IMG/VR virus record: IMGVR_UViG_3300029309_000102
Coordinates: 1-39,138 of that record
Origin: a virus
Lineage: Duplodnaviria > Caudoviricetes
Direction: 5' to 3' (one strand)
DNA: 39,138 nt
Position numbers and translations under genes: made by a program. The first letter of the stretch is position 1. Each line of letters starts with the position of its first letter. The notes beneath the pieces are model-generated. The model did no database searches. It was not told the origin of the DNA and saw only the letters and a list, made by a program, of their open reading frames with translations. Positions 25,989 to 35,268 of the stretch are shown here, one piece after another.

Positions 25989-27398
25989 GTGGGTAGTGTG
26001 TTGCTACGAAAACAACCAGCAAGCCTCTCCCTACTCAAAGGGAGCAACGACCTCGTGGTCGCAGGGTACGCCAGTGTTGAACTCGTTGACAAGCAGGGAG
26101 ATTTAATCACAAGGTCAGCGTTGAAGGATGCGTTCAAAAAATACATGAGCGACCCCAAATACCGAAATGTACAACTGGCCCATTCAAACATTCAAGTTGG
26201 AGAAGTAATTCCACAATACACAGACAATCAAGGGAGGTTATGGAAAAGCGAAGTTGACGATGCTGGCATGTTTGTCGTTGTCCAACTCCGAAATGATATT
26301 GAAAAAGCACGAGAAGTGGCTTCGGAAATACGGAAGGGCAACTTAACAGGATTTAGTATCGGAGGACAGGCATTCAAGCGAGTTCACAAATCCGATGCAA
26401 CCCACGGCTCATATCAAGAAATCAGCAAACTGGAACTTCACGAAATAACCATCTGCGAAAAAGGAATAAACCCCGAATCAACATTCAAAATACTGAAAGA
26501 AGACAAAAACAACAAGGTGAACAAAATGACCGACGATGTAATGGAACAAATGAACGATGTGCTGTCCCGACTTGAAGGGCGACTGGACTCTATGGAGAAA
26601 GGTATGCCTCCTCAACTTCGTGCTGCTATGAAGGACGAGGACAAAAAGAAGGACGAAAAAGAAAAGGGAATGTACGCCATGGACAAGGACGAGGACGAAA
26701 AGAAAGACCACAAGGACAAGGCCATGGACGACAAAGATGAGGAGAAGGACGAGAAGAAGAAGTCCGACGAGTTCTCCGATGTTATCTCCGCTGAGTACCT
26801 TGACTGGATGGAAAACACCCTCAAGTCCGCTGGTGTGGACACCGACGGTGCCCGTGCTCACTTTGACGGCATCTCCAAAGCCAACCTTGGCTCCGACCCC
26901 GCCATCATTGGCGACGGCGCTGACTACTTCGCTGGTCAAGTCAAGGGTCGTGCTCAAGAAGGTGGCTCACCTTCCACCAACGCCCTCGCTCGTGCTGGTC
27001 TCTCCCGAGGCGGCGATGTTAACAAGTCCGACTTTGTGACCTCCGTTGACCCAGCCTCCCTTGAGGAAGCCTACAGTGTTTTCAAAGCCGCCAAACAAGA
27101 AGAGCAACTTCGCAAGGCTTTGGAAAACAACTTTGAACACCGCTTCGCTGAAGAGCAGCAGGCTGAAATCAGCAAGGCTCAAGCACAAGCCTTTGATGCT
27201 CGTGGGCCACTTGATGAAGTCATGAAGGCTCTTGGAGCACTCAACGACCGCATAGACAACATCGGTGCTGAATCTACTACACTTGCCAAATCTGACAGTG
27301 GACACACCGCTGTTGAAGTTCCAAGTACACAGGAACTTGGCAACATGTCGTGGGACGAAGTTCACCAACTCGCAAACGGGGTGTTCCGAGGCGAGTGA
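25989..27398 (+). CDS. HK97-type prohead protease fused to scaffolding domain
   Basis: VAGYASVELVDKQGD, LAH, GFSIGG, LHEITIC...INP (S78-like), followed by an acidic/Lys coiled-coil scaffold. Directly upstream of MCP. Exact start uncertain (25989/25998/26001). Confidence 0.9.
   Translation: MGSVLLRKQPASLSLLKGSNDLVVAGYASVELVDKQGDLITRSALKDAFKKYMSDPKYRNVQLAHSNIQVGEVIPQYTDNQGRLWKSEVDDAGMFVVVQLRNDIEKAREVASEIRKGNLTGFSIGGQAFKRVHKSDATHGSYQEISKLELHEITICEKGINPESTFKILKEDKNNKVNKMTDDVMEQMNDVLSRLEGRLDSMEKGMPPQLRAAMKDEDKKKDEKEKGMYAMDKDEDEKKDHKDKAMDDKDEEKDEKKKSDEFSDVISAEYLDWMENTLKSAGVDTDGARAHFDGISKANLGSDPAIIGDGADYFAGQVKGRAQEGGSPSTNALARAGLSRGGDVNKSDFVTSVDPASLEEAYSVFKAAKQEEQLRKALENNFEHRFAEEQQAEISKAQAQAFDARGPLDEVMKALGALNDRIDNIGAESTTLAKSDSGHTAVEVPSTQELGNMSWDEVHQLANGVFRGE
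26526..27398 (+). CDS. putative nested in-frame scaffolding protein
   Basis: AAGGTGA at 26514-26520 in an A/C-rich context, 5 nt before in-frame ATG 26526 (MTDDVMEQ), exactly where the protease domain ends. Confidence 0.6.
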   Translation: MTDDVMEQMNDVLSRLEGRLDSMEKGMPPQLRAAMKDEDKKKDEKEKGMYAMDKDEDEKKDHKDKAMDDKDEEKDEKKKSDEFSDVISAEYLDWMENTLKSAGVDTDGARAHFDGISKANLGSDPAIIGDGADYFAGQVKGRAQEGGSPSTNALARAGLSRGGDVNKSDFVTSVDPASLEEAYSVFKAAKQEEQLRKALENNFEHRFAEEQQAEISKAQAQAFDARGPLDEVMKALGALNDRIDNIGAESTTLAKSDSGHTAVEVPSTQELGNMSWDEVHQLANGVFRGE

Positions 27399-27407
27399 AC
27401 CCTCAAC

Positions 27408-28643
27408 AAACAAAACAAAAGGAGATGAAAAAATATGGCACGCAATTATGTACGAACTGTAACTGACATGGAGCGCTACTACTATGGCGCTGGAAATGCT
27501 ATGGGTTATTCCTACACTGGTAGTGAATTGCTCAAAGCAGACGCCCCCATGCTCTCAACCACCGCCGGAACCTACCAAGCCATCTACGGACGCAAGGTTT
27601 GGTCCCAGTTGAACCAAGAGTTCAACGCCTTCTCAATCCTTCCAAAGCGCCCTTGGGAGCGCAGTGGATGGCGAGTCATCACTGAGAAGCCTAACGGTGG
27701 TGTTTTGACTGGTGGTGTTGCTGAAAACGCAACCCTTCCTGAAACCATCAAGCCAACCTTCCAGCACATCGCTGCAAAGCCAAAAGTCATCGCTCACACC
27801 TTTGATGTCAGCGAAGTTGCTATCTTCTTGGCTGACAAAGATGATGGATTGGGCGACATGCGCTCAGTTCTCAAGGAAGAAATGGGTAAGCACCACGCTG
27901 AGATGGTCAACAAGATGCTTCTCACTGACTGTTCCACTGTCGCTGGAAACAACCTTGAATCTCTTGACCGAATCACCGGCAACGACGGTGGTGCTTCCGG
28001 TGGTTCTACTTCCATGGAAACGGGCAGCGCTTCCGCTGACCACTGTGGTTCAACCGACCTTGACATCTACAGCATCAGCCGCAGTGCAAACTCGTGGTCC
28101 AACGCTGAAGTCAACTGTGGTACTGACGCTGACGCTGCAAACCGCCGTGTTCTCAGCCTTGACCACTTGGACACTCTCTTCCAGCAGATGTGGGAGCGTG
28201 GTGGCAACCCCAAGGTCATTCTTACTGGCTACGACACCCTCATGCGACTCCAACAACTCCTCCAAAGCCAACAGCGATTCATGGAAGAGAAGCGAGTCAC
28301 ACCTACCTACAACGGTGTGAAAGGTGTTCCCGGTATTGAGGCTGGTTTCATCGTGGCTACCTACAACGGTGTTCCAATCATTCCTTCCAAGGATGTGGAA
28401 CCTGATGGTCTTTCCCGAATGTACTTCCTTGACACGGATTACCTCTACTTCAGCACGGCTATTCCTACTCAGTACTTTGAGAGCGGTATTGAAACCGGCG
28501 ACCCATTCGCCATCAACCGCCTCGGACAAGAGGGACTTTACCGAACGATGGGCGAAGTGTGGACGACTTTCTTTGGCGCTCAAGGCTCCATCCGAGACCT
28601 TAAGTGAGGAAAACAAAACAACAGGAGATGAAAAAACATGGCA
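27408..28643 (+). repeat. duplicated 33-nt translation leader before MCP (27408-27440) and the next gene (28611-28643)
   Basis: AAACAAAACAAAAGGAGATGAAAAAATATGGCA versus AAACAAAACAACAGGAGATGAAAAAACATGGCA, 31/33 identical. Confidence 0.9.
27435..28607 (+). CDS. major capsid protein (HK97 fold)
   Basis: 390 aa directly after the protease/scaffold, with a strong GGAGATGA leader and highly biased codons. Contains GGVAENATLPE, PKVILTG and YNGVPII motifs. Confidence 0.92.
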   Translation: MARNYVRTVTDMERYYYGAGNAMGYSYTGSELLKADAPMLSTTAGTYQAIYGRKVWSQLNQEFNAFSILPKRPWERSGWRVITEKPNGGVLTGGVAENATLPETIKPTFQHIAAKPKVIAHTFDVSEVAIFLADKDDGLGDMRSVLKEEMGKHHAEMVNKMLLTDCSTVAGNNLESLDRITGNDGGASGGSTSMETGSASADHCGSTDLDIYSISRSANSWSNAEVNCGTDADAANRRVLSLDHLDTLFQQMWERGGNPKVILTGYDTLMRLQQLLQSQQRFMEEKRVTPTYNGVKGVPGIEAGFIVATYNGVPIIPSKDVEPDGLSRMYFLDTDYLYFSTAIPTQYFESGIETGDPFAINRLGQEGLYRTMGEVWTTFFGAQGSIRDLK

Positions 28644-29042
28644 GCAGAATTGACATTAAGCGGAACGGCAACAGCAACCCTTGTGGGTGCATGGGAACTC
28701 CGAGCAGGCTCGCAAGACACCACTGAGTGGCTGGCCCGTGGTAGCACATACCCCGGCAACATTGAAGCGTTCAAGCCTTTGAACGGCGACGACTCCAGTT
28801 CAGGAGACGCAGCGAACGGATATGACCCAGCCCCCAAAATGGCTCTCATCACCGTGACCGGTGGAGCAGATGGCGAAACCATCATCCTTGATGGTGGAAT
28901 TAGCAGCATTCTCATGGTCTTGACCACTGACAGCGGTACATCCGCAGTGTCCGTTGGTGCATCCGTGAGCAGTAAAACCATCACGCTTCAGTACCTCAGC
29001 GGTTCAGCGAACACCACCAATGTAATGGTCTTGTACAACTGA
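28638..29042 (+). CDS. probable capsid decoration/cement protein
   Basis: 134 aa, T/G/S/A-rich and beta-prone, immediately after MCP with the same leader. Confidence 0.6.
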   Translation: MAAELTLSGTATATLVGAWELRAGSQDTTEWLARGSTYPGNIEAFKPLNGDDSSSGDAANGYDPAPKMALITVTGGADGETIILDGGISSILMVLTTDSGTSAVSVGASVSSKTITLQYLSGSANTTNVMVLYN

Positions 29043-29053
29043 GGTGAGCATTC

Positions 29054-29446
29054 GTGCCCACCATCACATACATTGGTACTCGCTACCAGCGCCCTTGCCC
29101 CGACAAGACGCACCGCGATTTCATTCGTGGTCAGACTCGGGAAGTTACAAAGGCTTGGTTGGACCGCTACGGTCCTCGCTTTGGCGACGACTTCCGCATT
29201 GAGGGTTGGACCCGAGAGAGTGAAGAAGTCACGGTTGACGAAGGACTTGACGGCATCCCCGACAAAAGTTGGTCCCGTGCTGATATTCAAAAGTGGCTTG
29301 CAGGCTACGACATCAAACCCAAAGGCTACGCTACAAAAACCACTTTGTTGGAACTCGTCGCAACTGTTATGAGTCCTGACGGAGTGGCTGAGACAGAAGC
29401 ACTGGTGGAAGACTCCGCCGAAGAATCACAGGAGAGTGAAGAATAA
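29054..29446 (+). CDS. protein with HEH/LEM-like motif
   Basis: SD GAGGTGA 29041-29047. WSRADIQKWLAGYDIKPKGYATKTTLLELV followed by an acidic tail. Confidence 0.7.
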   Translation: MPTITYIGTRYQRPCPDKTHRDFIRGQTREVTKAWLDRYGPRFGDDFRIEGWTRESEEVTVDEGLDGIPDKSWSRADIQKWLAGYDIKPKGYATKTTLLELVATVMSPDGVAETEALVEDSAEESQESEE

Positions 29447-29793
29447 TGGCAGTAACTATTGACCCCCGACCAACCTACTTTGGCGACCGCATGATTGTGA
29501 CCGGCTCCTACGACGCTGGAGAAACGAGCGTTGATTTGTCGGGATTGTTGGCGAGCATTGATTTTGCAGGCATCAACCCATTGGCTGCACAAGCCAATGT
29601 AACAGTGTCAAACACAGGAACTCACGCTAACGATGTAATCACGCTGGTTGACAGTTGCACTGTGTCGGGCACGACCATCACCATCCATAAGGCCGTTGTT
29701 GAAACAGACCCTGATGGTGCAGGTACAGGTAGTGGCGCTATCGCTGGTGCTACTATTGCTGGAACATTCTTGGCTATTGGACGACGCTCGTGA
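29446..29793 (+). CDS. hypothetical structural protein
   Basis: 115 aa, TAATG overlap, beta-rich. Confidence 0.72.
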   Translation: MAVTIDPRPTYFGDRMIVTGSYDAGETSVDLSGLLASIDFAGINPLAAQANVTVSNTGTHANDVITLVDSCTVSGTTITIHKAVVETDPDGAGTGSGAIAGATIAGTFLAIGRRS

Positions 29794-29804
29794 GGTGATT
29801 CCTC

Positions 29805-29999
29805 ATGGCGAACTTGACTCCCAAGTACAAAATCGTAGGCCCCTTCTCACCGAAGGAGTTCAGTGACACCAGTACCTTGGAGACGACAATTGAAGCCGCA
29901 GTTGGCACAATTGGCGATGCGACCAGTGCAACGAGTCTTGTGGCTTCGGACCCAATCACGGTATTGGGCAACATTTACATCATTGTCAGTTATGTTTGA
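29805..29999 (+). CDS. small hypothetical protein
   Basis: 64 aa, SD GAGGTGA 29792-29798. Confidence 0.7.
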   Translation: MANLTPKYKIVGPFSPKEFSDTSTLETTIEAAVGTIGDATSATSLVASDPITVLGNIYIIVSYV

Positions 30000-30014
30000 G
30001 TGTGAGGGGAATGA

Positions 30015-30314
30015 ATGTCTCTAAACACCCAAACAATTGAACTGTCGGACATTGAGCGCCTGCAAAAGCAAAACATCCTTTCGGATGTCAGTCTTGACAT
30101 GAACGCTGTGTTTAACGAAGAGAATCCTCTTGCTGGCGTCACCAGCGAACAACGCAACCGCAACAGCACCGCTGCTGATGTCCTCAACATCGGCTCGGGC
30201 ACTCGTTGTCAACACTGCGGTATGCTTCACTTCTTGTGGCGTGAAACTTGCGGGGCGTGTAAGAAACCCATGGATTACAACCTTGGGCACCGAGATGAGA
30301 ACAAGAGGGATTGA
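30015..30314 (+). CDS. Zn-ribbon protein
   Basis: RCQHCG...TCGACKKP; SD GAGGGG. Confidence 0.75.
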   Translation: MSLNTQTIELSDIERLQKQNILSDVSLDMNAVFNEENPLAGVTSEQRNRNSTAADVLNIGSGTRCQHCGMLHFLWRETCGACKKPMDYNLGHRDENKRD

Positions 30315-30316
30315 AC

Positions 30317-31954
30317 ATGCCAGTCGTATTCAATCCCGGTGAGCCCGAAACACGGCCCCTTGACCCCGAAGCGATTGTGTACACCACGGCGCAAAAGGTG
30401 GCTGATTACCTCGGTATCGGCCCTCAAGAGGCCGTGGTTGCCTCAGCCGACTCAGTAGCCGATGGTGTCTTCATTACGGGTGAGGACTACAGGCGCTGCG
30501 GTACTGAAGTTGGAGACATCATTTTCATTTACAGCGACGCCAATCCTCTCGGTGAAGAAAAGACAATCACTGACATCCAAAACGGCGGAACAAGTGGTGT
30601 GAAGTTGGTGTTCACAGGCTCTTTTACACACACTGATTATGAAACCGCTGATAACACCTTTGTGCAAAATCTCGCATCCTTCACGAACGGTAAGGTTGGG
30701 CGGCAGCGTGGTGTAACAAAGAACATCGTACATGCTCGTATTCGTGAGATTCAAGACCGCATAGACAACTACACACACAACGCTTGGCGACCGTATCTCG
30801 TGTCCGCTGAGTACATCAATTTTGACACTTACAAGCCCTACCGACGCCGATACTACACTGATTATGTCGGTACGACCCCACTGCTGTTTCGGAATGTCCA
30901 GCAAATGCTACGCATTGAACTATGGCAAGGCGACGACTACCGTGAGATTTGTGGTGCTGAGGCTCGCATTAAAATCCCCGAGGATGTGCGAGCCATTAGT
31001 GGTTCAATTGTCTTATCACCCGGCAACGGTAGGGCTGCTGTTTTGACCGCTGAGAAAGACAGCGCTGGTACCGCTACAACCGCTAAATGGCGTACGGATT
31101 TTGACGCTACAACCACAGCGCAAAACCTTGCTGACCTCATCAACAAGGAAGACAGGGTGAACAAGGCGTCCGTTGAGTTCTCCCCTGTCTTTACACTTGA
31201 GGGTTCAACTACAAATGTCGGTGTACACAACGAGTTCTTTGCATCAGCCAACGCTGACTATGGTACGGGTGTTGTGAAAATTTCAAGCATGCGCTCAGTG
31301 AAAGCCGGTGAAACTTGTAGCATCGTTTCAACCGACAGCACAGTGAACATCTCTCAAACACAGCGTAACACAGCCACCATCTCGGGTAACAGTGGTGATT
31401 TTGGTTCTGCTGCTACAGGTGTTGTCACAGTTACAAAAATTGTTGACGATGAAGTAGTTGATGTTCCAACGGAGGGTTTTGCCAAAGCAGGTGTTTTTAC
31501 TGACGGTACGAATGTCATTCGCTATGAAGGAATAACTGACACAACATTTACTAAATGTGAAGCAGTTATTGGGTCCGCTCCTTCCAGTGGTACCGCTACT
31601 CAACACTTGATGCGAGTTGATTTACAGGGTGGTAGCGCCAGTGGTGATGCCGCTCGTTTGCGAGATTGGTGGATGGACTATGAAATGGGTATCATTTACT
31701 TCAACAACTCCTACCCCTTCTTTGAATACAACGCTGTGAAGGTGTCCTACATCTACGGTGAGCGGTACTTGGAGAAAGCGATTGAAGAAGCGGCTACGAA
31801 AATGGTTGTCATTGATTTGCTGATGTCCGACGACCGCAGTGTCCTTTTACCCGAAGGTACAAGCAACATTGACTTATCAGCCAAGGTACAATTACTCCAA
31901 GGAGAGGTTGATAGAATCCTACCGAGGTACCGTGAAATGGTTCTGTTTGAGTGA
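30317..31954 (+). CDS. head-tail adaptor/connector (gp6/gp15-like) with large insertions
   Basis: N-terminal YTTAQKVADYLG and C-terminal VKVSYIYG...IEEAATKMV typical of adaptors; lies between the head and tail genes. Confidence 0.65.
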   Translation: MPVVFNPGEPETRPLDPEAIVYTTAQKVADYLGIGPQEAVVASADSVADGVFITGEDYRRCGTEVGDIIFIYSDANPLGEEKTITDIQNGGTSGVKLVFTGSFTHTDYETADNTFVQNLASFTNGKVGRQRGVTKNIVHARIREIQDRIDNYTHNAWRPYLVSAEYINFDTYKPYRRRYYTDYVGTTPLLFRNVQQMLRIELWQGDDYREICGAEARIKIPEDVRAISGSIVLSPGNGRAAVLTAEKDSAGTATTAKWRTDFDATTTAQNLADLINKEDRVNKASVEFSPVFTLEGSTTNVGVHNEFFASANADYGTGVVKISSMRSVKAGETCSIVSTDSTVNISQTQRNTATISGNSGDFGSAATGVVTVTKIVDDEVVDVPTEGFAKAGVFTDGTNVIRYEGITDTTFTKCEAVIGSAPSSGTATQHLMRVDLQGGSASGDAARLRDWWMDYEMGIIYFNNSYPFFEYNAVKVSYIYGERYLEKAIEEAATKMVVIDLLMSDDRSVLLPEGTSNIDLSAKVQLLQGEVDRILPRYREMVLFE

Positions 31955-32298
31955 TTCGTATGCCCCGTGATGAAGTAGATGACCTCATGGAAGAGTTAGC
32001 CAAAGAAATGCAGGGTGAGAAGGTGCAAGATGAGATACGCCAAGTTATCACTCAGTCGCCTGCCAATGTGCGTAAGCAAATTGACGAACAGGAGTTGGCA
32101 ATTGAAGGTATCAAGAAAGACGAAGGTGGGAACTACACGCAAAATGGACGGCAACCCAACGAAAGCGTTCTTAAGGCGGCATTGGATAGAGTAGATAAGC
32201 GGATGCTTCGTGAATCTCCAGCACTTCAAGAATACAAATTGAAGTTCAGCGGGGGCTCCTTGGTACCCGATGAAGCAGCGTACAGGAGAGATTTGTGA
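31951..32298 (+). CDS. hypothetical protein (neck region)
   Basis: 115-aa coupled ORF (GTG 31951 or ATG 31960). Confidence 0.7.
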   Translation: MIRMPRDEVDDLMEELAKEMQGEKVQDEIRQVITQSPANVRKQIDEQELAIEGIKKDEGGNYTQNGRQPNESVLKAALDRVDKRMLRESPALQEYKLKFSGGSLVPDEAAYRRDL

Positions 32299-32744
32299 TG
32301 GTGGCGACATTCACTGAGGGCCTTGATGTTGTCATCAATACCCTTAGTGATTGGAACCGAGCAAACACCAGCAACATCAAACCCGTGATTGCTGACATCG
32401 CCACCACACTGCCCGAGCGTGGGAAGCGCATTGACCTCAAGAAGTCGGACTATGTGTTCGTGTACGAAACGGCGCATAACGAAGAAGCGCCCGAACTTCT
32501 CTACGATTTTGTCACTACTCGCATCAACATCACCGTTGACCTACGAACAACCAAGAGCCGAGCGCACCAACAAGCCATGGAAAACGAGGTGCGTCGGCTC
32601 ATTCACACCAAGCGCAAGGGGGATGGAGTCTCCTTTGACCGCTTGGTTTTCAAGACTCGCACGGACCTCTCGGATAGAACCAAGAGTCTGTTCCGAATGA
32701 CCTTTCAGATAGAAGTAGTTATCTTTGCGGAACTCGTGCCATGA
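32298..32744 (+). CDS. probable tail terminator/completion protein
   Basis: ~149 aa directly before the tail tube gene, with alternating beta pattern INITVDLRT...FRMTFQIEV. Confidence 0.6.
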   Translation: MVATFTEGLDVVINTLSDWNRANTSNIKPVIADIATTLPERGKRIDLKKSDYVFVYETAHNEEAPELLYDFVTTRINITVDLRTTKSRAHQQAMENEVRRLIHTKRKGDGVSFDRLVFKTRTDLSDRTKSLFRMTFQIEVVIFAELVP

Positions 32745-32755
32745 GGTGAGCGGAC

Positions 32756-34720
32756 ATGCCTTCAACAGTGTATAAGGGTGATTTAACGGAGATTTCATTC
32801 GGTCACGAGACCGGATTACAACTTGAGCATAACTTTGCTGGCTCATTTTTGTTCCGTGCAAAAATTGGTACAAGAGACACGGTGGCTGACACCAGCGTGA
32901 TTACTTTCAGTGGCGGTGCCGCCTCCATGCCTGTCAACGGTGGACAACTCAAGTACCCTGTTGGCATACTGGTCGGGGCTAAAATCTCCTTCCGCTTTGG
33001 TAGCGGGACACCCAACTTCAGCAGCGACGACGATTCCTCCGTTAGCGGTCGCACTTTTACTGTTGTTAAGCACGCCATTAACGCCAGCGCTGATACTGAG
33101 TTGACAGTCACACCAGCGCTCACTACAGACCACAGCGGTGGCAACAAGGATTCTAAAACAGGCGACATCATGTTCATTCACGGGTTCACTGTCCCTTCTC
33201 TTGATGTTGGAATGGCTGCTACTGTCAGTGCTGCTACTTCCAGTGAATCAGTGCTCACCGACCAATTCCTTGGTCTCGCTGCAACTGTCACGCTGCCCGA
33301 AACCAAGGTGGACTTGAAGCGCTACCATGTTGTTGGTCTTGGTCGGGATGTTGCTGTGCAAGTGCCCGGACGCTTCCTCAACGAAGGCGGCTCATTTGAA
33401 GTCAACATGCACAACCCACGCTGGCTCTACTACTGCCTCGGTATGGAGGCTGTTGATGTCGGTACAACCTATGACAGCCTGCTTGACAACAACGATTACA
33501 AATTGAACGGCGCTACCAAGGTGGGTGCAACCCTACTGACATTTGACGGCACGAGTACTCCCGACTTTAGCGGTAGTGCCGACCCAGTGGCAGCGGGTGA
33601 TTATGTGATTATCAAAGACACCACGGCTGCTGACATCATCACTTACAACGAAGCCGACACCGGGAACAAATTCGGAGATGTGACCAACCCTAAATCAACT
33701 TACTTTGACACCACTGAAACGAATGAAATTCGTCGTATTGTGGCTATTACCGGCACTCAAATTTTCCTTGATGATGCCTTGTGTTTCCCGCACGCTGACA
33801 ACACCGTAATTCGTTTCGCTCGTTTCAACGCTGGTTCTACTCAAGGAAGCCCCGACCGACTCGGAACTGGTGCTCTCGCAAACGGTGTCACTCGTCTTCT
33901 CTACTCTCGCAGCAGTGTCCCTTCTTTTGCTATGGAAGTCAGCATTCGCCGCCGAGACAGCGACGGAAACGAAGACGATGTCACTGACGGCGGTGTCTCG
34001 GACACCAAGCAACTGACTCGTGTGTTCCGTGGCTGCAAGGTCAAGGACTTCAGTATCACCGCTGACACTGACGCAGCACTCCGCACTACAGTCAACTTTG
34101 ACGCAGCATTGTGCTACACCGATACTGGACGACTTGAAGACACCAAGGGCGACCGCTACAACCCTCACCGAATGTTTGAGGACACGGCCAACACTGACGC
34201 CAAGCGCAAGGAGGCCGGTATTGCCAAGTTCACTCAAAAGCCGTTTATGTTCTACAACGGTACCATCACTCTCGCTGGTGTGCGAATCGGTCAAGTTGTG
34301 TCGTTCAACCTTACGGGCAGCACGGGCGTGCAGCAGTTCTACACCATCAACGGCTCGCCGCTCACTGACGCTGAAACCGACCAAGTGCCACACGGTGGTA
34401 TGCGCAACGCTTCTATTGCCGTTGAAGGCAAGACCGAGTACATGATGGACATGGAGATTATCGTTGACGACCCTGTGTTTTATCACAAAATGCGCCGAGC
34501 CGTGGACTTCAACGCTAACACTGGCAACATGATTCGCCTGTCTTTCACCAAGCAAGGCAGTGCTGACCCTCGTGAAACGCTGGACTTCTACCTTGACGAC
34601 TATGTGATTACCGAGGCTCCTCTTCCTATCCCCGAAGACAAGGGCCCAATCCGAGCACCGCTCAAGGTCATGCCGAAGTCAATTCGTGTCATTTCAACCG
34701 ATACCCTGTTCCACTGCTGA
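32756..34720 (+). CDS. major tail (tube) protein with inserted beta domains
   Basis: SD GAGGTGA 32743-32749. Tube-like segments ISFGHET, GGSFEVN, PSFAMEV, FRGCKVKDFSI; followed by chaperones and tape measure. Confidence 0.72.
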   Translation: MPSTVYKGDLTEISFGHETGLQLEHNFAGSFLFRAKIGTRDTVADTSVITFSGGAASMPVNGGQLKYPVGILVGAKISFRFGSGTPNFSSDDDSSVSGRTFTVVKHAINASADTELTVTPALTTDHSGGNKDSKTGDIMFIHGFTVPSLDVGMAATVSAATSSESVLTDQFLGLAATVTLPETKVDLKRYHVVGLGRDVAVQVPGRFLNEGGSFEVNMHNPRWLYYCLGMEAVDVGTTYDSLLDNNDYKLNGATKVGATLLTFDGTSTPDFSGSADPVAAGDYVIIKDTTAADIITYNEADTGNKFGDVTNPKSTYFDTTETNEIRRIVAITGTQIFLDDALCFPHADNTVIRFARFNAGSTQGSPDRLGTGALANGVTRLLYSRSSVPSFAMEVSIRRRDSDGNEDDVTDGGVSDTKQLTRVFRGCKVKDFSITADTDAALRTTVNFDAALCYTDTGRLEDTKGDRYNPHRMFEDTANTDAKRKEAGIAKFTQKPFMFYNGTITLAGVRIGQVVSFNLTGSTGVQQFYTINGSPLTDAETDQVPHGGMRNASIAVEGKTEYMMDMEIIVDDPVFYHKMRRAVDFNANTGNMIRLSFTKQGSADPRETLDFYLDDYVITEAPLPIPEDKGPIRAPLKVMPKSIRVISTDTLFHC

Positions 34721-34731
34721 GGTGAAAAAGT

Positions 34732-35268
34732 ATGCTGACGCCCGCACAACGAGTCTATCACTACCGAAGAAAGAGTCCCGAGGATTATGCGACATGGTTC
34801 GCTAACGCCATGGACTTGACTGAAACCGACGCACTGCGAGCCGCAGGGCTGCGAAACAGGGAGTTGATTGAGGAAGCGGTGCTTTCTGCAAGCGCAAAAG
34901 AGGTATTTAAAGCGGAATCACAAGAAGTCTATAGAACTGAAAGTGAAGAGACCGAAAGTATTCCAAACAGTGAGGAGTTCCCCGCCGAACTTACTTACGA
35001 CTCCATGACACTCAACGAACTCCGAGAGGAGTGCAAAAGTAGAGGGCTCCCCTACTACGGAACGAAGGCCGAGGTAGCACTCCGCCTCAAGCGTGACGAT
35101 GAGGGAATCACCGAGCCCACGGCTACGACCGAAGCCCCCGCTGAGGCGGCTGCTGAGGAAGAGCCGGACGCTCCCGCTGAAGAAGCGGCAGTGACCGAGG
35201 TGGACAACCATGACCGTACTGAAGGACAAAACACAGATACTGAGGCAGAAGAACGAACAGAAGCATGA
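34732..35268 (+). CDS. SAP-domain protein
   Basis: Canonical SAP motif YDSMTLNELREECKSRGLPYYGTKAEVALRL; acidic E/A/P tail. Confidence 0.85.
   Translation: MLTPAQRVYHYRRKSPEDYATWFANAMDLTETDALRAAGLRNRELIEEAVLSASAKEVFKAESQEVYRTESEETESIPNSEEFPAELTYDSMTLNELREECKSRGLPYYGTKAEVALRLKRDDEGITEPTATTEAPAEAAAEEEPDAPAEEAAVTEVDNHDRTEGQNTDTEAEERTEA

Noticed and set aside
33695-34555. 286-aa minus-strand ORF (likewise 11975..12724, 16762..17397, 17670..18260, 24562..25146, 28050..28616, 36227..36904)
   Set aside because: These are antisense shadows of well-supported + strand genes. They lack recognisable motifs and are explained by codon bias.
32756-34720. Contractile tail sheath (suggested by size)
   Set aside because: No separate tube gene follows, and the motifs and gene order (terminator, this gene, chaperones, TMP) fit a tube protein with insertions. 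Not fully excluded without structure prediction.
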